A stretch of DNA of 64,000 bases from Octopus sinensis (lineage: Eukaryota), in the NCBI RefSeq assembly GCF_006345805.1, contig NC_043000.1:102548001-102612000 (forward strand). Direction: 5' to 3'. A program made the position numbers and the translations under genes. Within the stretch, counting starts at the first letter, position 1, and every line of letters begins with the position of its first letter. Under the pieces are notes generated by a model. It searched no databases. It worked only from the letters and a program-made list of their open reading frames with translations, and was not told where the DNA came from. Shown here piece by piece: positions 51,340-63,790 of the stretch.

Positions 51340-51547
51340 GGCAGCGAGCTAGCAGAAGTGTTAACACGCCGGGCGAAATGCTTATCGTTATTTCGCCTGT
51401 CTTTACGTCCTGAGTTCAAATTCCGCCGAGCTCGATCTTGTCTTCCATCCTTTCGGGGTCGATAAATTAAGTTGTGTACTGGGGTCAATCTAATCGACTA
51501 GCCCTCTGCCCCAAAATTTCGGGCCTTGTGCCTAGAGTAGAAAAGAA
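51340..51547 (+). mobile_element. SINE family B
   Basis: Head aaggcagcgagctagcagaag, core and tail ggccttgtgcctagagtagaaaagaa. Confidence 0.88.
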
Positions 51548-52751
51548 TATGTTTCTGATCTTCTTCTGCCATCTTTTTTTTTATCTTGATATCGATATGC
51601 ACAACATTTCTAACGTCGTTTCTTGCCTTCTTTATAAAAATGAATATGACTTTTACCGCTCACGAATTCTAAATTGAATTTTAAAACCCGTTTGAAAGAA
51701 AAATTCTAGTAATAAGATTAATCAACATCAAACTTCGTTTAGAATAATTGCTTTGTTGCTGTGACATAACTAATTGCAGGCTTTCAATACAATTTATAAT
51801 TGGACTTCTTTTATTTCTTGCATTTTTACAAAATTCTGTTTAACAAACTTCCAGCGCTTTCAAAGTTGTATTTGGGGCACTGAAAATATCCATTCGATTT
51901 CTGAACAGATTTAATATTTCCCAAACATTACCCAGTTTGTTCGTTTTGTCTATTTCTATTTCCATTTTCATATATCTTAGTTCCCACTTTGCTAAGTTTT
52001 AAGAACTAAAGGTGCTATGGGGCGATGCGAATTTGCGTCTAACTAGCACTGAAACACTCCCAAAATTATCCTGATTCCAAATATGTACCTTTGGCTAGAT
52101 CCCAGGGGTCTGTATATGATCCAGAACATCATTTGAAGATACACACAGAAACTCAAACTCGCATTTATTTGTGTATGCTTGTCAGTGGGGTGAGGTGCAT
52201 GTACGTTCTAGAAGCAATATTACAAAATGTGTCATTTTATAATTCGACATCCTGATTTGTGAGTAAAAATTTTTGGTGACGTGTCGATGGCTTGAAACCC
52301 GGACAAACCTATTTCTAATAACTAGAATGAAATCTGCAACGGACCCCTTTGCTTTATAAATGCATGAGCATATCCTCCCTCTCTCTCGTGCTTTCTCTCT
52401 CTCACACACACATACACACATACATGTGCACATTTACACACATATATACAAACACAAAAATACTTACATACACACTGCCACACACATACATAGTGTCACC
52501 AGAGGATTCCTTAGAATCCATGGCACTCGACTGTCATAATAAAATATCTATTATTTTTACTTATCATAATTACTGATATAAAAACTATTCCGTTATCGTG
52601 CTTGATCTAAAAGTTAACATAAATTAAGACAGCAGCGTTACTGCTTATGATTCATTACATTTTCAACAATTTAATAGAGTGAAGGGAATGTTGAAAAGAA
52701 TCCAGTGTTTACTTCCTATGTCTAGATTGAAACTACGTATTCTTTCGTTTA

Positions 52752-53638
52752 TGTGGTCTGATCAATAAGTATCCGGACTGTTGCTAAAGTAGCAAAGCTA
52801 AAGAACATAGAGTAAAGACGCTTGGTACAGATTGACCGTGAATAATGCTGTGCATGCGCACTAAGTTTTAATGTTTTAGCTCACTTTCGCTGTTTACAGC
52901 AGTGCTTGGAAGGAAGATGTGATGCATGTGATCGTTGCATTGGCTATGGCAAAGAAAGTTGAGCAGAGACACTGCATTAAATTTTGCCAAAAACTTGGTC
53001 ATACCTGCTCAGAGCCCTACGCAAAGTTTCCAAAAAGTTTTCATCGTTCTCGACACAATCAAGGAGATCTTGTGCAATTGGAACCTGAGTGTCTTCTTGG
53101 TCAGCTGAAAGCAGTTATAGCACCAATTTGGCAGGCACACGTCTGATACCCAAATCTTCAGTGATAATGGACTGAACTTAACCGTAACTAATCTGCACAT
53201 CCTCTGATAACTCGCGGATGGTGATTCGACGATTTCTCCTCACAGCTCCACGCGCATCTACGATCTTTTCTAAGTTTTGCTGGTTGCGGATCACCCAGAA
53301 TGTTCGTCAATATCGACATTTTTCGACCATCTTGGAAATGTCTGAACCACTCGTACACCCGTGTGCGGCTCATACACTCTTCTCCATATATTTTCTGTAA
53401 CATTGCGCAGGTCTCTGGGCAGGTATCGCCACGACAACTGTCATGTTCAATGCGTCGATCACACGCTACACACCTTCCTTTCAAGCACTGCTGTAAAAAG
53501 CAGAAGTGAGCTAGACCGTTAAAACTTAGTGCACATGCACAGCAGAGTCCAAGGTCAATCTGGTTCAAATGGCTTCACTCTGCGTGCTTTAGCTTCGTTA
53601 CTATGGCTACAGACCGGATACTTATTGATCAGACCTCG
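52752..53638 (-). mobile_element. Non-autonomous mariner built from two opposed 5' ends; TA TSD
   Basis: TIR ta-(t/c)g(t/a)ggtctgatcaataagtatccgg(a/t)ctg at both ends. The left arm encodes MAKKVEQRHCIKFCQKLG on +; the right arm encodes ETCAMLQKIYGEECMSRTRVYEWFRHFQDGR...RITIRELSEDVQIS..DENF on -. No catalytic domain. Confidence 0.9.
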
Positions 53639-53849
53639 TATATTTAATAGCAAGTCCAGTATTTACAGCATTCTATGGCTGTGTGATAAAGAAGCTTCCA
53701 TTGCTCATGTGGGGTTTCTGGTTCAGCCCAACTGCGTGTTACCTCGGACTAGTGTTTTCTAGAGTAGGTCTGAACACCGACCAATGGTAGACGGAAACCG
53801 TGTTGTGAGGAAGCCAGTCGTATTTATGTCATTTTTAAACTTTTTTAAT

Positions 53850-54140
53850 CATTAACTGCGGCCATGCTGGAGCACTGCATTGAAGAAAATTTAGTCGAAT
53901 GAATTGACCCAGGACTTAATTTTTTTAGGCATGGTACTTATTCTTATCGGTCTCTTTGCCAAACGGCTAGGCTAGGGGGAAGTAAATACACCAACACCGG
54001 TTGTCAAGCGGTAGTGTGGGGAACAAACACTGACACAAAGTCACACACACACTGTAACCGAAACCACGTGGTTGGAAACCCCACTTGTTAACACACAACC
54101 ATGTCTGCACGTGCGCGCGCGCACACACATACACGCGCGC

Positions 54141-54235
<95 letters not shown>

Positions 54236-54300
54236 GATGGGCTTCTTTCAGTCTCCGTCTATGAAATCCACTCACAAAGCTTTGGTTGGCCTGAAGCTAT
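53850..54300 (-). mobile_element. SINE family A fragments with an expanded CA/TA tract
   Basis: actgcggccatgctggagcac..., cggttgtcaagcg and cttctttcagtctccgtc motifs. Confidence 0.8.
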
Positions 54301-54680
54301 ACTGCTTTTTCCTCTCTCCTTCTCTAATTCCTTTTTCTCTCCCTCCCTCCTTCACCGTTTTCTTGTCTTTCCCCCTCTCTTCTTTCTCTCTCCCCACTTA
54401 CTCTTTTTCTCCCTCCACCTTTTTTTCTCTCACGTGACCATCTTTCTTTTCCTGCACGGATGTTCAAAAGAACAGACGTGTTTTTCTTTCTCTCTTCTAT
54501 TTTTTCACTTTTCCAAAAAAAATGTTTCTCCCAGCGTCCATTATTTTCCGCTCGTTCTGGTCTAACGACCCCCATGTTTGTTTTCGTTCGGTTTCTTTGT
54601 ATGTTTCCACTGTCATGTTTTCGTTCCCAACTTTGACCCTCCCTAATTCATAAATTATATTTTAGCATTTATGGGAGCAA

Positions 54681-54733
54681 CTGTCTTTGAAGACACATAT
54701 TGTCGTTGAATGCTCGAAACGAGGAGTAGATAG
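54681..54733 (+). ncRNA. Degenerate hammerhead ribozyme
   Basis: ctgtc-t-uUGAAGA-[imperfect stem II]-GAAAC-gagga-GUA^-gatag; stem I ctgtc/gatag pairs; C3 is mutated. Confidence 0.45.
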
Positions 54734-54856
54734 GCAGCCGACAACTGATGAAGTATTCTTTTTCTGTGCTTACTTTCCTTTTCCATTTTTCCTGTTGTAT
54801 ACGTATTTCATTTTTTTTTGCACCGTTGGTAATGTTCTGTACAAATATATGTATAC

Positions 54857-54908
<52 letters not shown>

Positions 54909-54925
54909 TGTGTGTGTGTGTGGTG

Positions 54926-54958
<33 letters not shown>

Positions 54959-55234
54959 TTATGTGTGTGTATAAAATATATATTATTTACTATTTATTAT
55001 TTAATTGAACGCGACGCAAGTATATATATATATATATATATATATAAGTTTAACAATTAAGGATAATCTCTTAATAAGGGATCTTAACAAGAAATTATCG
55101 GGTAGCTAGCGTGAAAACCTCATAAAAGAAAAGAATTCGAAAATAATTTTTTTCTTTTGAACAAATTAATTATATCTATATTGTATAGAGGGCATTATTA
55201 CACATAAATGCCTCACACTAGGAGGGACAAAGTC

Positions 55235-55361
55235 ATTACTACCAAAATTATACTAATCATACCCAAATGCAGTTTTTCAAAGCAAGACATTTAAAAATGA
55301 ATTTTTAAATGTCTTGCTTTGAAAAACTGCATTTGGGTATGATTAGTATAATTTTGGTAGT

Positions 55362-55364
<3 letters not shown>
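55235..55364. repeat. Perfect palindrome: 64-bp arms, 2-bp spacer
   Basis: 55235-55298 is the exact reverse complement of 55301-55364 (checked base by base). Confidence 0.98.
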
Positions 55365-55400
<36 letters not shown>

Positions 55401-56052
55401 CATACATTCTACTAGACACACGTGGCCGTGTTTACATTATACTTCGTCTCGACCTGTTACTATTTCTTTGAACATATCCGTTAGATTTTTATTTTCATGT
55501 TATAGTTTACTGCACATATAGATTTGCATACACATTGAGATGTCTTTCTTTTTCTTTTTCGTCTCTCTGACTATTACTTTTTCCCCTTTTACAACTTACT
55601 TGTAAATATCCGATTTTTCCCTATTACCTCATCTGTATTCTCCCTTACTGTACCGTATTTTTATTTTTATTTTATTTTATTTTGTTAAACCTTTTTGATG
55701 TTCTTCCAAACATTCCTCACACTGATGAGAATGACATTGCATATATTTAATTATAATTACTGCGATTATAAATCTTTTTCCTACATATTTGTATTGTCTT
55801 TCGAAACGTACGTATGTATTGAATCCATTTTTGTATTAAATCTAATTTTGATTCAACATCTTTTTCCCCCATTTTTTATATTTGTTTATGGTATATTTAT
55901 ACCTATAACGAAATTTTTCAACTATTATTATCATATTCTTATTACTTGCGCAGGCTGATTTTTTATGAATATGAGGAATCATTATTAGAAATCATTTCTT
56001 CTCTCTTTTTGGATCACTCAAAAAGCTTGAATTGTTCTTTTTGAACTTATTT

Positions 56053-56096
<44 letters not shown>

Positions 56097-56222
56097 AATC
56101 CACTCACAAGGCTTTGGTCGGCCGAAGCTATAGTAGAAGACACATGCCCAAAGTGCCATGCAGTGGGACTGAACCCGGAACCACGTGGTCGGTAAGCAAG
56201 ATACTTACCACACAGTCACCTA

Positions 56223-56345
<123 letters not shown>

Positions 56346-56389
56346 ATGTGTGTGTGTGTGTATAATCTCTACACATTTTTCCTTCCATA

Positions 56390-56433
56390 TTTTTGTTTTC
56401 TTTCCATTTTTTACCTCTGGACCCTTTCTGTCA

Positions 56434-56495
<62 letters not shown>

Positions 56496-56800
56496 TTATT
56501 TATATTTCCTGAGCGCCATACTAATACAATTGTTTGTTTGTTTTCCACCTGCCTTCGTCTTTTGTCTATTTTCATAAAGCTTCCCGTTATATATATATAT
56601 ACATAGTCCAAATTTACTGAAAACAAAAGACGAAGACATGTGAGAGAACAACTAGCAGGTATATTAGTTTGACGTTCGGTAAGAATGGCGTAATCGTTGA
56701 CGTTTCGAGCCTACGCTCTTTGACAGAAAGGGTTCAGAGGGAAAAAATGGAAAGAGAAGAAAAACATGGAGGGAAAATTTAATGTCTAGAGATTAACGGT
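56390..56800. mobile_element. Two Penelope pLTR-like fragments in inverted (tail-to-tail) orientation
   Basis: The plus copy (cctctggaccctttctgtcaa...ctaatac...cttcgtcttttgt) and the minus copy (cctctgaaccctttctgtcaaagagcgtaggctcgaaacgtc...ctaatatac...cttcgtcttttgt) share these blocks; the minus copy carries a hammerhead-like stem II-GAAAC-GUC. Confidence 0.6.
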
Positions 56801-57182
56801 TCAACATGATGAAATGACCGGGAGAGGCTGAGTGAAAGGGAGATAATAAAAGAGAGCCGGCTGGGCTACAGTGTGCAAGCGCGTGTGTGTATGTGAGTCT
56901 AATGTGTGTGTTAGCGTGTTTGCGTGAATGGAAGTGAGCACGTGTGCGTATTGTTGCGTGTGTGTGTGTATGCGTATTAGTAAACCCGTGCGTGCATTGT
57001 GTGGAGTGATGTGTTTCGTGTATTTATGTGTGTGTGCGCGTATGGACGTGCGTGTATGTGTGTGAATTTGTGTATAGTATGTACGTGAGTCTATTGTGTG
57101 TGTCTGTGTGTGTCTGCGTGCGTCGTGTGTACAAACGCTCATGTGTAGCAGTTAATGTGTTTGTTTGAGTGATGTGTGTATA

Positions 57183-57451
57183 ATCCCACTGCGTGCTACC
57201 TTGGGCAAGTACCACCTACTTTAGCCTCGGGCCAACCACCGCCATGTAAGTGATTTGGTAGTTGAAAACTGAAAGAAGCCCGTCGTATATAATTAATATG
57301 TATGCGTATGTGTGTGATTGTGTGTGTGTGATTGTGTGTGTGTGTGATTGTGTGTGTGTGTGTGTGATTGTGTGTGTGTGTATGCGTATGTGTGTGTGAT
57401 TGTGTGTGTGCGTGATTGTATGTGTGTGATTGTGTGTGTGTGATTGTGTGT

Positions 57452-57517
<66 letters not shown>

Positions 57518-57683
57518 CCTCCACCACCGCTTGACACCGCCAAAAGAGAGTGGTAGAATATGTACCAGGTTTAAAGCAAAACTAAAAGAAACACCGGTTT
57601 CGATTCTTTTGGCTAAAATTATCCAAAGTGGGGCCCCGGCATGGCAGCAGGCTAATGACTGAAACAAGTAAAAGATAAAAGAT
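57183..57683 (+). mobile_element. SINE family A with a greatly expanded internal TG/GTGTGATT repeat
   Basis: ccttgggcaagt...gaaactgaaagaagcccgtcg, then about 220 bp of repeat, then ccaccgcttgaca...gactgaaacaagtaaaag. Confidence 0.85.
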
Positions 57684-57754
57684 AACTTTATTTGATTTTG
57701 TGTAAGAAAAATAAAAAGAATTAAAAAAGATTTTTTTTAAAAAGTTGAAATTGA

Positions 57755-57990
57755 AACATGCAGGTACTCCAACTTTGTCTAACTGAAAAGAGAGAGTCCC
57801 AACTTTTAGGGCAAATTCACCACCAGAGGCAAAATATTAGAGATAGCATGTTGGAAAATGAAATGCAAAATGGAAGATAAAGTTCAATTTGAAAAATAAA
57901 GACAGCAAATCCTGTGTGAAGGAATTTATGCCAGATTCTATTAAAATTTCGGTTGAATGCTAACCCCAGTATTTCTCCTGCTCTCTCACC
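57755..57990 (-). pseudogene. Decayed Jockey/CR1-type RT relic
   Basis: GEILGLAFNRNFNRIWHKFL (cf. GET.AVALDISKAFDRVWH..L), followed by ..SFQLDKVGVP. Confidence 0.5.
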
Positions 57991-58119
57991 CCGTCCTGTG
58001 TGTCGCCGTTCTTTTATTCCCCCCCACCCCCCCACTTTTTTGTTTCTTTTTCATTGCATTCTATATTCCATGACGGGATTTTCTGTTCCAAATCCATTTC
58101 TCCAATCACATCGCCGCAC

Positions 58120-58133
58120 TCCTACTACCATTA

Positions 58134-58184
<51 letters not shown>

Positions 58185-58689
58185 GCTTTATTGAATCTGT
58201 TTTTGCTTCTCTTTTCTCGCTCTACCACCCCCACTACCATCATCACCATCACCACCATGGCATATCTCAAGACTTGTTCTCATTCTATTTACCCTTCTTA
58301 CTCCGTCTCTTCCGTCTAACTAGCAGCCTCTGTTGTCATCACAACCACAACCATAACCACCATAAACTTATCGCCCCCTTCCCCCCCGCCACGGTCGCCA
58401 CCATCACTAGCACTATCACCACCACCACCACCACCCCACCACCATCAACAACAACAACAACACCAAAACCACCGCCACCACCATCATCATTACAACAACA
58501 CTACCACCACCACCACGCAGAACAATAACGACCCTATTACTACCATCACCACTACCAAAACCCACCACCAAATTTATTACCACTATCACCGTCACAACTT
58601 ACCATCACCACCACTAGTATCATCAATACGACCACCATTACGAACAATACCAACACCACCAACACTACGACCATCACTACTACTACGAT

Positions 58690-58722
<33 letters not shown>

Positions 58723-58778
58723 CACTACTATACTACTACTACTACTACTACTACTACTACAACTACTACTACTACAAC

Positions 58779-58813
<35 letters not shown>

Positions 58814-58830
58814 TACCCTCAAACATATAC
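58120..58830. repeat. TAC/CAC/AAC trinucleotide low-complexity tract
   Basis: Direct reading; explains ORF 57953..58528. Confidence 0.92.
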
Positions 58831-58896
58831 TACTGTCTCCTCTACCACCATATCTGCAGCACCTGGGATCGTTTGCGAGTGACACCGCGTTGAAGA

Positions 58897-58912
58897 GGAC
58901 CCCCTGGCGGCC
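58897..58912 (-). promoter_or_regulatory. Candidate CTCF-binding motif
   Basis: Minus strand GGCCGCCAGGGGGTCC vs consensus GGCCACCAGGGGGCGC; lies in a short CpG-rich non-repeat patch. Confidence 0.3.
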
Positions 58913-59135
58913 TTAACGTTACGGAAACTATTTATTGGATGACTTGAACATACGGAGATCAGACACACACATACACAGGATTTCAACCACGCAGCCAATC
59001 ACACACGCACACATGCACATTTACTCACACACACACACAAACATACGTGTATAGATATATTTAAACCTATATGCATCATACAGACACTGACACATGCACG
59101 CGCGTACACACATACATGTATATGCATACATACAT

Positions 59136-59181
<46 letters not shown>

Positions 59182-59393
59182 CAACAATTGAGGGTAAAAT
59201 TAATTAATTATTAATCAATTTCACCAAGTATTCAGTATGTAAAGGGACCATTATAGGCGAATTCAAAATATTACATTATAGAGAGATCTTCTTTAAGTAT
59301 TAGAAATAGCTGAAGAAATTTCTTTAGCTGCTATTTCTAATGAGTTCAGTATGTGGCAAAGTAATTTATTTTACTAAGCCCTTATATATAATG

Positions 59394-59453
<60 letters not shown>

Positions 59454-59854
59454 TGTGTCTACTTGTGTGTGTGTGTACATGCTTGTGCGTATGTATGAAT
59501 ATGTGTGTGTATGTACTAGAAAACTTGGATCTTGTTAAATTTCTTCCAACGACTTGAAGTATTTCAAATTTCCATCAGTTTATTGTCAAAAAATATGTAG
59601 CTGTGCATACTGATGACGAAAATTACGTTTATTTTTTGTTATTTCTAGAAATTAATAACAAAAAAATTAACATCAGTGTAAAAAAAAAGAAAAATTGAAA
59701 AAAGAATTGAAAATTTGAAATACTTCTGGCTGTTCGAAGGAATATAACAAGATCCGAAAGCAATCGCTGTGAATGTAAATTATAAAAATGTAAGCACATT
59801 ACTTCTATTACTACAAATCTTTCAATGTACAGAAAAAATTGAGTCGTGAAGACC

Positions 59855-59908
59855 CTCACCTCGACACAACCGTTTCTCAGCTTGTTTGTAGCTCTTCAGA
59901 GAAGATGA
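59855..59908 (-). ncRNA. Degenerate hammerhead ribozyme
   Basis: Minus strand tcatcttct-CUGAAGA-gcu acaaaca agc-uga-GAAAC-gguugu-GUC^-gagguga; the core is intact but the stem I and stem II junctions are imperfect. Confidence 0.45.
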
Positions 59909-60094
59909 ACACGATTTCCTTACCAATCGATAGCACAGTACATTCAACTCCTATATAAAGTTGTCAGGTATTTAAGGTATAAGCATAACATAGCTTAATT
60001 TACATAGTTGTGTTTTTATGTATGTATGTATGTATGTATGTATCTATCTATCTATCCATCTATCTATGTATGTATGTATGTCTAACTGTCTGTG

Positions 60095-60140
<46 letters not shown>

Positions 60141-60529
60141 CACACTTATGTCTGTATATATCGAAATCTTATATATAACAACCGTACTGGTTGTTGTGTC
60201 CTGTTTATTGCATTTGTATTTGTGTAACATTTCTCTGTTGTTTTTTTTTTCGTCTTTGTGTATACATTCGCTGCTTTCTTTCAATGAAGCTAATGCTCTT
60301 AGCTTAGTTTTTCCTTGGGGCTGGCCAGATTGAAGCAATCTCGAGTATAACCAGCCGAAATTGCAAAGATAATCTGGAACTCGACTGAGAAAAGGAAACT
60401 CCGAATGACCCGTCCATGTTTTCTTTGTATTGTCAGTCTGGATGTTTTGTTTTCCTTTTTTGTGTGTGTGTGTGTGTCATCTAACTGTCTGGATGTTTTA
60501 CGCTCTTGTCCCATTTTTGCATTTTTGTG

Positions 60530-60574
<45 letters not shown>

Positions 60575-61099
60575 ATATATATCTATATATATATATATAT
60601 ATTTGATAACACAAATGGGCTGAAGTTCACTACAGCTGTTTCAGACGTGTTTTTTATTGATGAACAAATCAATATACCGAGTAAAGAAAAGCCATTTTCT
60701 TCAGGGGAATTAAAATTAAAATAGAATTCAACATTTAGGATTTTTCACACAAAGAGTTTAGAATGTATATTGACTCTCTCATCACGGTGCTTGAATATTA
60801 TTTCGTTCGGATATTGTATATTGCGCATTTGTTTCATATTTTTATGTTCACTTTCTGTATTGCATATTATTCATTTCTTGTTTGTTCACTTTCTGTCAAG
60901 CTTGGTCTCTTGTTTATTGGTTCACCATTTTCCAGCGGCTTCTCGCTGCCGGAGCCGCCAAGGAGGATTAATATTATCGTTTAAGCGATAAATTGGCTTG
61001 ATCCCTTGACCGATAACTAATGATGATTTGGGGACCTTCCGTTTCTGTTTTCCGTTTGTTTGTCCATTTATGAAAGGTTTTTCAACTTATATATATATA

Positions 61100-61146
<47 letters not shown>

Positions 61147-62053
61147 CAGGGTGATTGAAAAGTAACACTCTAGTTTAAAATACTTAAAATTTATTTATCA
61201 AATATAGTTTTTTTTTTCTCAAATTTGTTGTGTATGTTCTTTAATGTATGGGAATTGATTTAATGCTGCTTTTTTTTTTTCCAGAACGATTACTTTGTTT
61301 GAAATTTAGCAGCCCTACAAACATGGTCTGATCCCTTTAGAAATATCGTCTGGAGTTTTGAAGCGGTATTTCACTTCGGTGGGTTTATGAACCGTCAAAA
61401 CTGCCACTAATGGGCAGAAGATCCTTGTATTACCTCTGGAGAAAATGCAGACTCGGCCCAAGGTAACGGTATGATGTGGAATGACTTCGGAAAGGATTGT
61501 GGGTCCTTTCATTCTTTGCAATACCTGAATGCTGAAAGGTACCTCACCATGCTGTAAAATGAAATCTGGTCTGTTTACAGTACTTAGGAGAATATTGAAG
61601 ATTTGATTTTTATGCAAGATTGCGCTCCTCCACATTTTGCTATTGTTGATCTTGAAAGGTTGAATTAATTTCCACTTCCCTGGGAGAGGGATGGGTCGTC
61701 GAGGTTTGCATGATTGACCGGCCAGAAGCTCTGATTTAACATCCAACGCCTTTCTTCTTTGGGGTGGGTTAAAGGAGCTAGTCTGCTATACAAAACCAAC
61801 AACTTTGGAAGAATTTGAAGGGCGAATACGAGAAGTTGTGTCTTCCATCCCACAAGACTTCCTGGTGAAATCAGTTGATGCGGTTTCCGGGCGGCTTGAG
61901 AAGCTGTTGGTAAATGCTGGTGCCTATATCGAATTTTAAATAAAACTCCATGCTATACGCTTTCTTCACATATTCGTTTTTTTTCTAAAAATTATAGTTC
62001 ATTAATAAATTATAACTATATTAAAATAGGAAGTTACTTTTTCAATCACCCTG
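61147..62053 (+). mobile_element. Internally deleted rosa-like (DD41D) Tc1/mariner element; TA TSD
   Basis: TIRs cagggtgattgaaaa(aa)gtaac flanked by TA. Decayed catalytic region IVWSFEAVFHFGGFMNRQNC, PKVTV*CG, FMQDCAPPHF and *PARSSDLTSNAFLLWG.LKE; about 41 residues between the second and third catalytic positions; HTH region missing. Confidence 0.88.
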
Positions 62054-62062
62054 TAGATATAC

Positions 62063-62493
62063 AGGCGCAGGCGTAACTGTGTGGTTAGTTGCTTTCTTCC
62101 TGACGACATGGTTTCAGGTTCAGTCCAACTGCGTGGAACCTTGGGCAAGTGTCTTCTACTATAACCTCGGGCAGATTCTGGCCTTGTGAGTAGATTTAGT
62201 AGATGGAAAGTGAAAGAAGCTTGTCGTATGTGCATGTGTGTGTGTGTGAGCGAGTGTGAGTGTGTGTGAGTGTGCACGCGTGCGTTTTTATGTCATTGAT
62301 TGTCCCTCATCACCGCTTGACAACGGGTGCTGGTTTGTTTATGCCACCGTAACTTAGCGGTCTGGCAAAAAGAGACCAACAGAATAAGTATCAGGCTTAA
62401 AAAACAAGTACTGGGGTCGATTCATATGAGTAAAATTTCTTCAAAGTGGTGCCCCAACATGGCCACTGTCTAATGACTGAAACAGGTAAAAGA
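62063..62493 (+). mobile_element. SINE family A
   Basis: Head aggcgcaggcgtaactgtgtggttag through to tail gactgaaacaggtaaaag. Confidence 0.88.
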
Positions 62494-62513
62494 TATACAT
62501 ACATACATACATA

Positions 62514-62938
62514 CTCTTTACTCTTTTACTCTTTTACTTGTTTCAGTCTTTTGACTGCGGCCATGCTGGAGCACCGCCTTTAGTCGAGCAAATCGACCCC
62601 GGGACTTATTCTTTTGTAAGCCCAGTACTTATTCTATCGGTCTCTTTTGCCGAACCGCTAAGTAACGGGGACATAAACACACCAGCATCGGTTGTCAAGC
62701 AATGCTAGGGGGACAAACACAGACACACAAACACACACACGCATATATATATATATATATACATATATATATGTATATATATATATACATATATACGACG
62801 GGCTTCTTTCAGTTTCCGTCTACCAAATCCACTCACAAGGCTTTGGTCGGCCCGAGGCTATAGTAGAAGACACTTACCCAAGGTGCCACGCAGTGGGACT
62901 GAACCCAGAACCATGTGGTTGGTAAACAAGCTACTTAC

Positions 62939-62940
<2 letters not shown>
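62514..62940 (-). mobile_element. SINE family A
   Basis: Near-consensus copy, tail-to-tail with the previous element. Confidence 0.93.
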
Positions 62941-62973
<33 letters not shown>

Positions 62974-63302
62974 ACACACACACACAGGAATGAGGGAAAG
63001 AGGAAACGGGTTAGTTTGATAAAGACAAATGCGGAGAAGGGGATTGAGGGTTTATTCTCAATGTAGACTAGACGGCTCCGAAGTCTATACTTGACAGAAA
63101 TGACGGCTTTTCATTGCTGTTTAATATTGACGATAGTGGTCAATTATTTTATGGATAGCAGTGACATCTACGGCAAACTTCCCGTCTGCATCAAACACAA
63201 GTCAGCCAACAGCTACAGACTGGAAGTCTCTCTCTAGTTGGAAAGGTAAATTCTTTTATGAATGCAGTCAAGTTGATGATAAGTACTCGTGTGTGTGTGT
63301 GT

Positions 63303-63340
<38 letters not shown>

Positions 63341-63429
63341 TACGTGACATGTGATTGTAAATCTCAATAGGTGAATTTTTTGTGCTACCAGAACACCCCT
63401 AATTAAAAATATATCAATCGATGTATTCT

Positions 63430-63789
<360 letters not shown>

Positions 63790-63790
<1 letters not shown>

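Noticed and set aside
60310-60420. ggctgg..ccagcc-GAAA and ctgaga..gtc as hammerhead candidates (also 31710-31750 and 42040-42100)
   Set aside because: CUGANGA, the stems and the NUH site could not be assembled consistently.
62048-62058. accctgtagat matching the start of miR-10; atctagctgtatg near 22968 matching part of miR-9
   Set aside because: Short partial matches without precursor hairpins; the first is a transposon TIR.
63161-63247. Open S/T-rich candidate exon ending AAG|GTAAAT; likewise 2594-2646 ending TG|GTAAGT
   Set aside because: Weak acceptors, no recognisable domain, and no partner exons.
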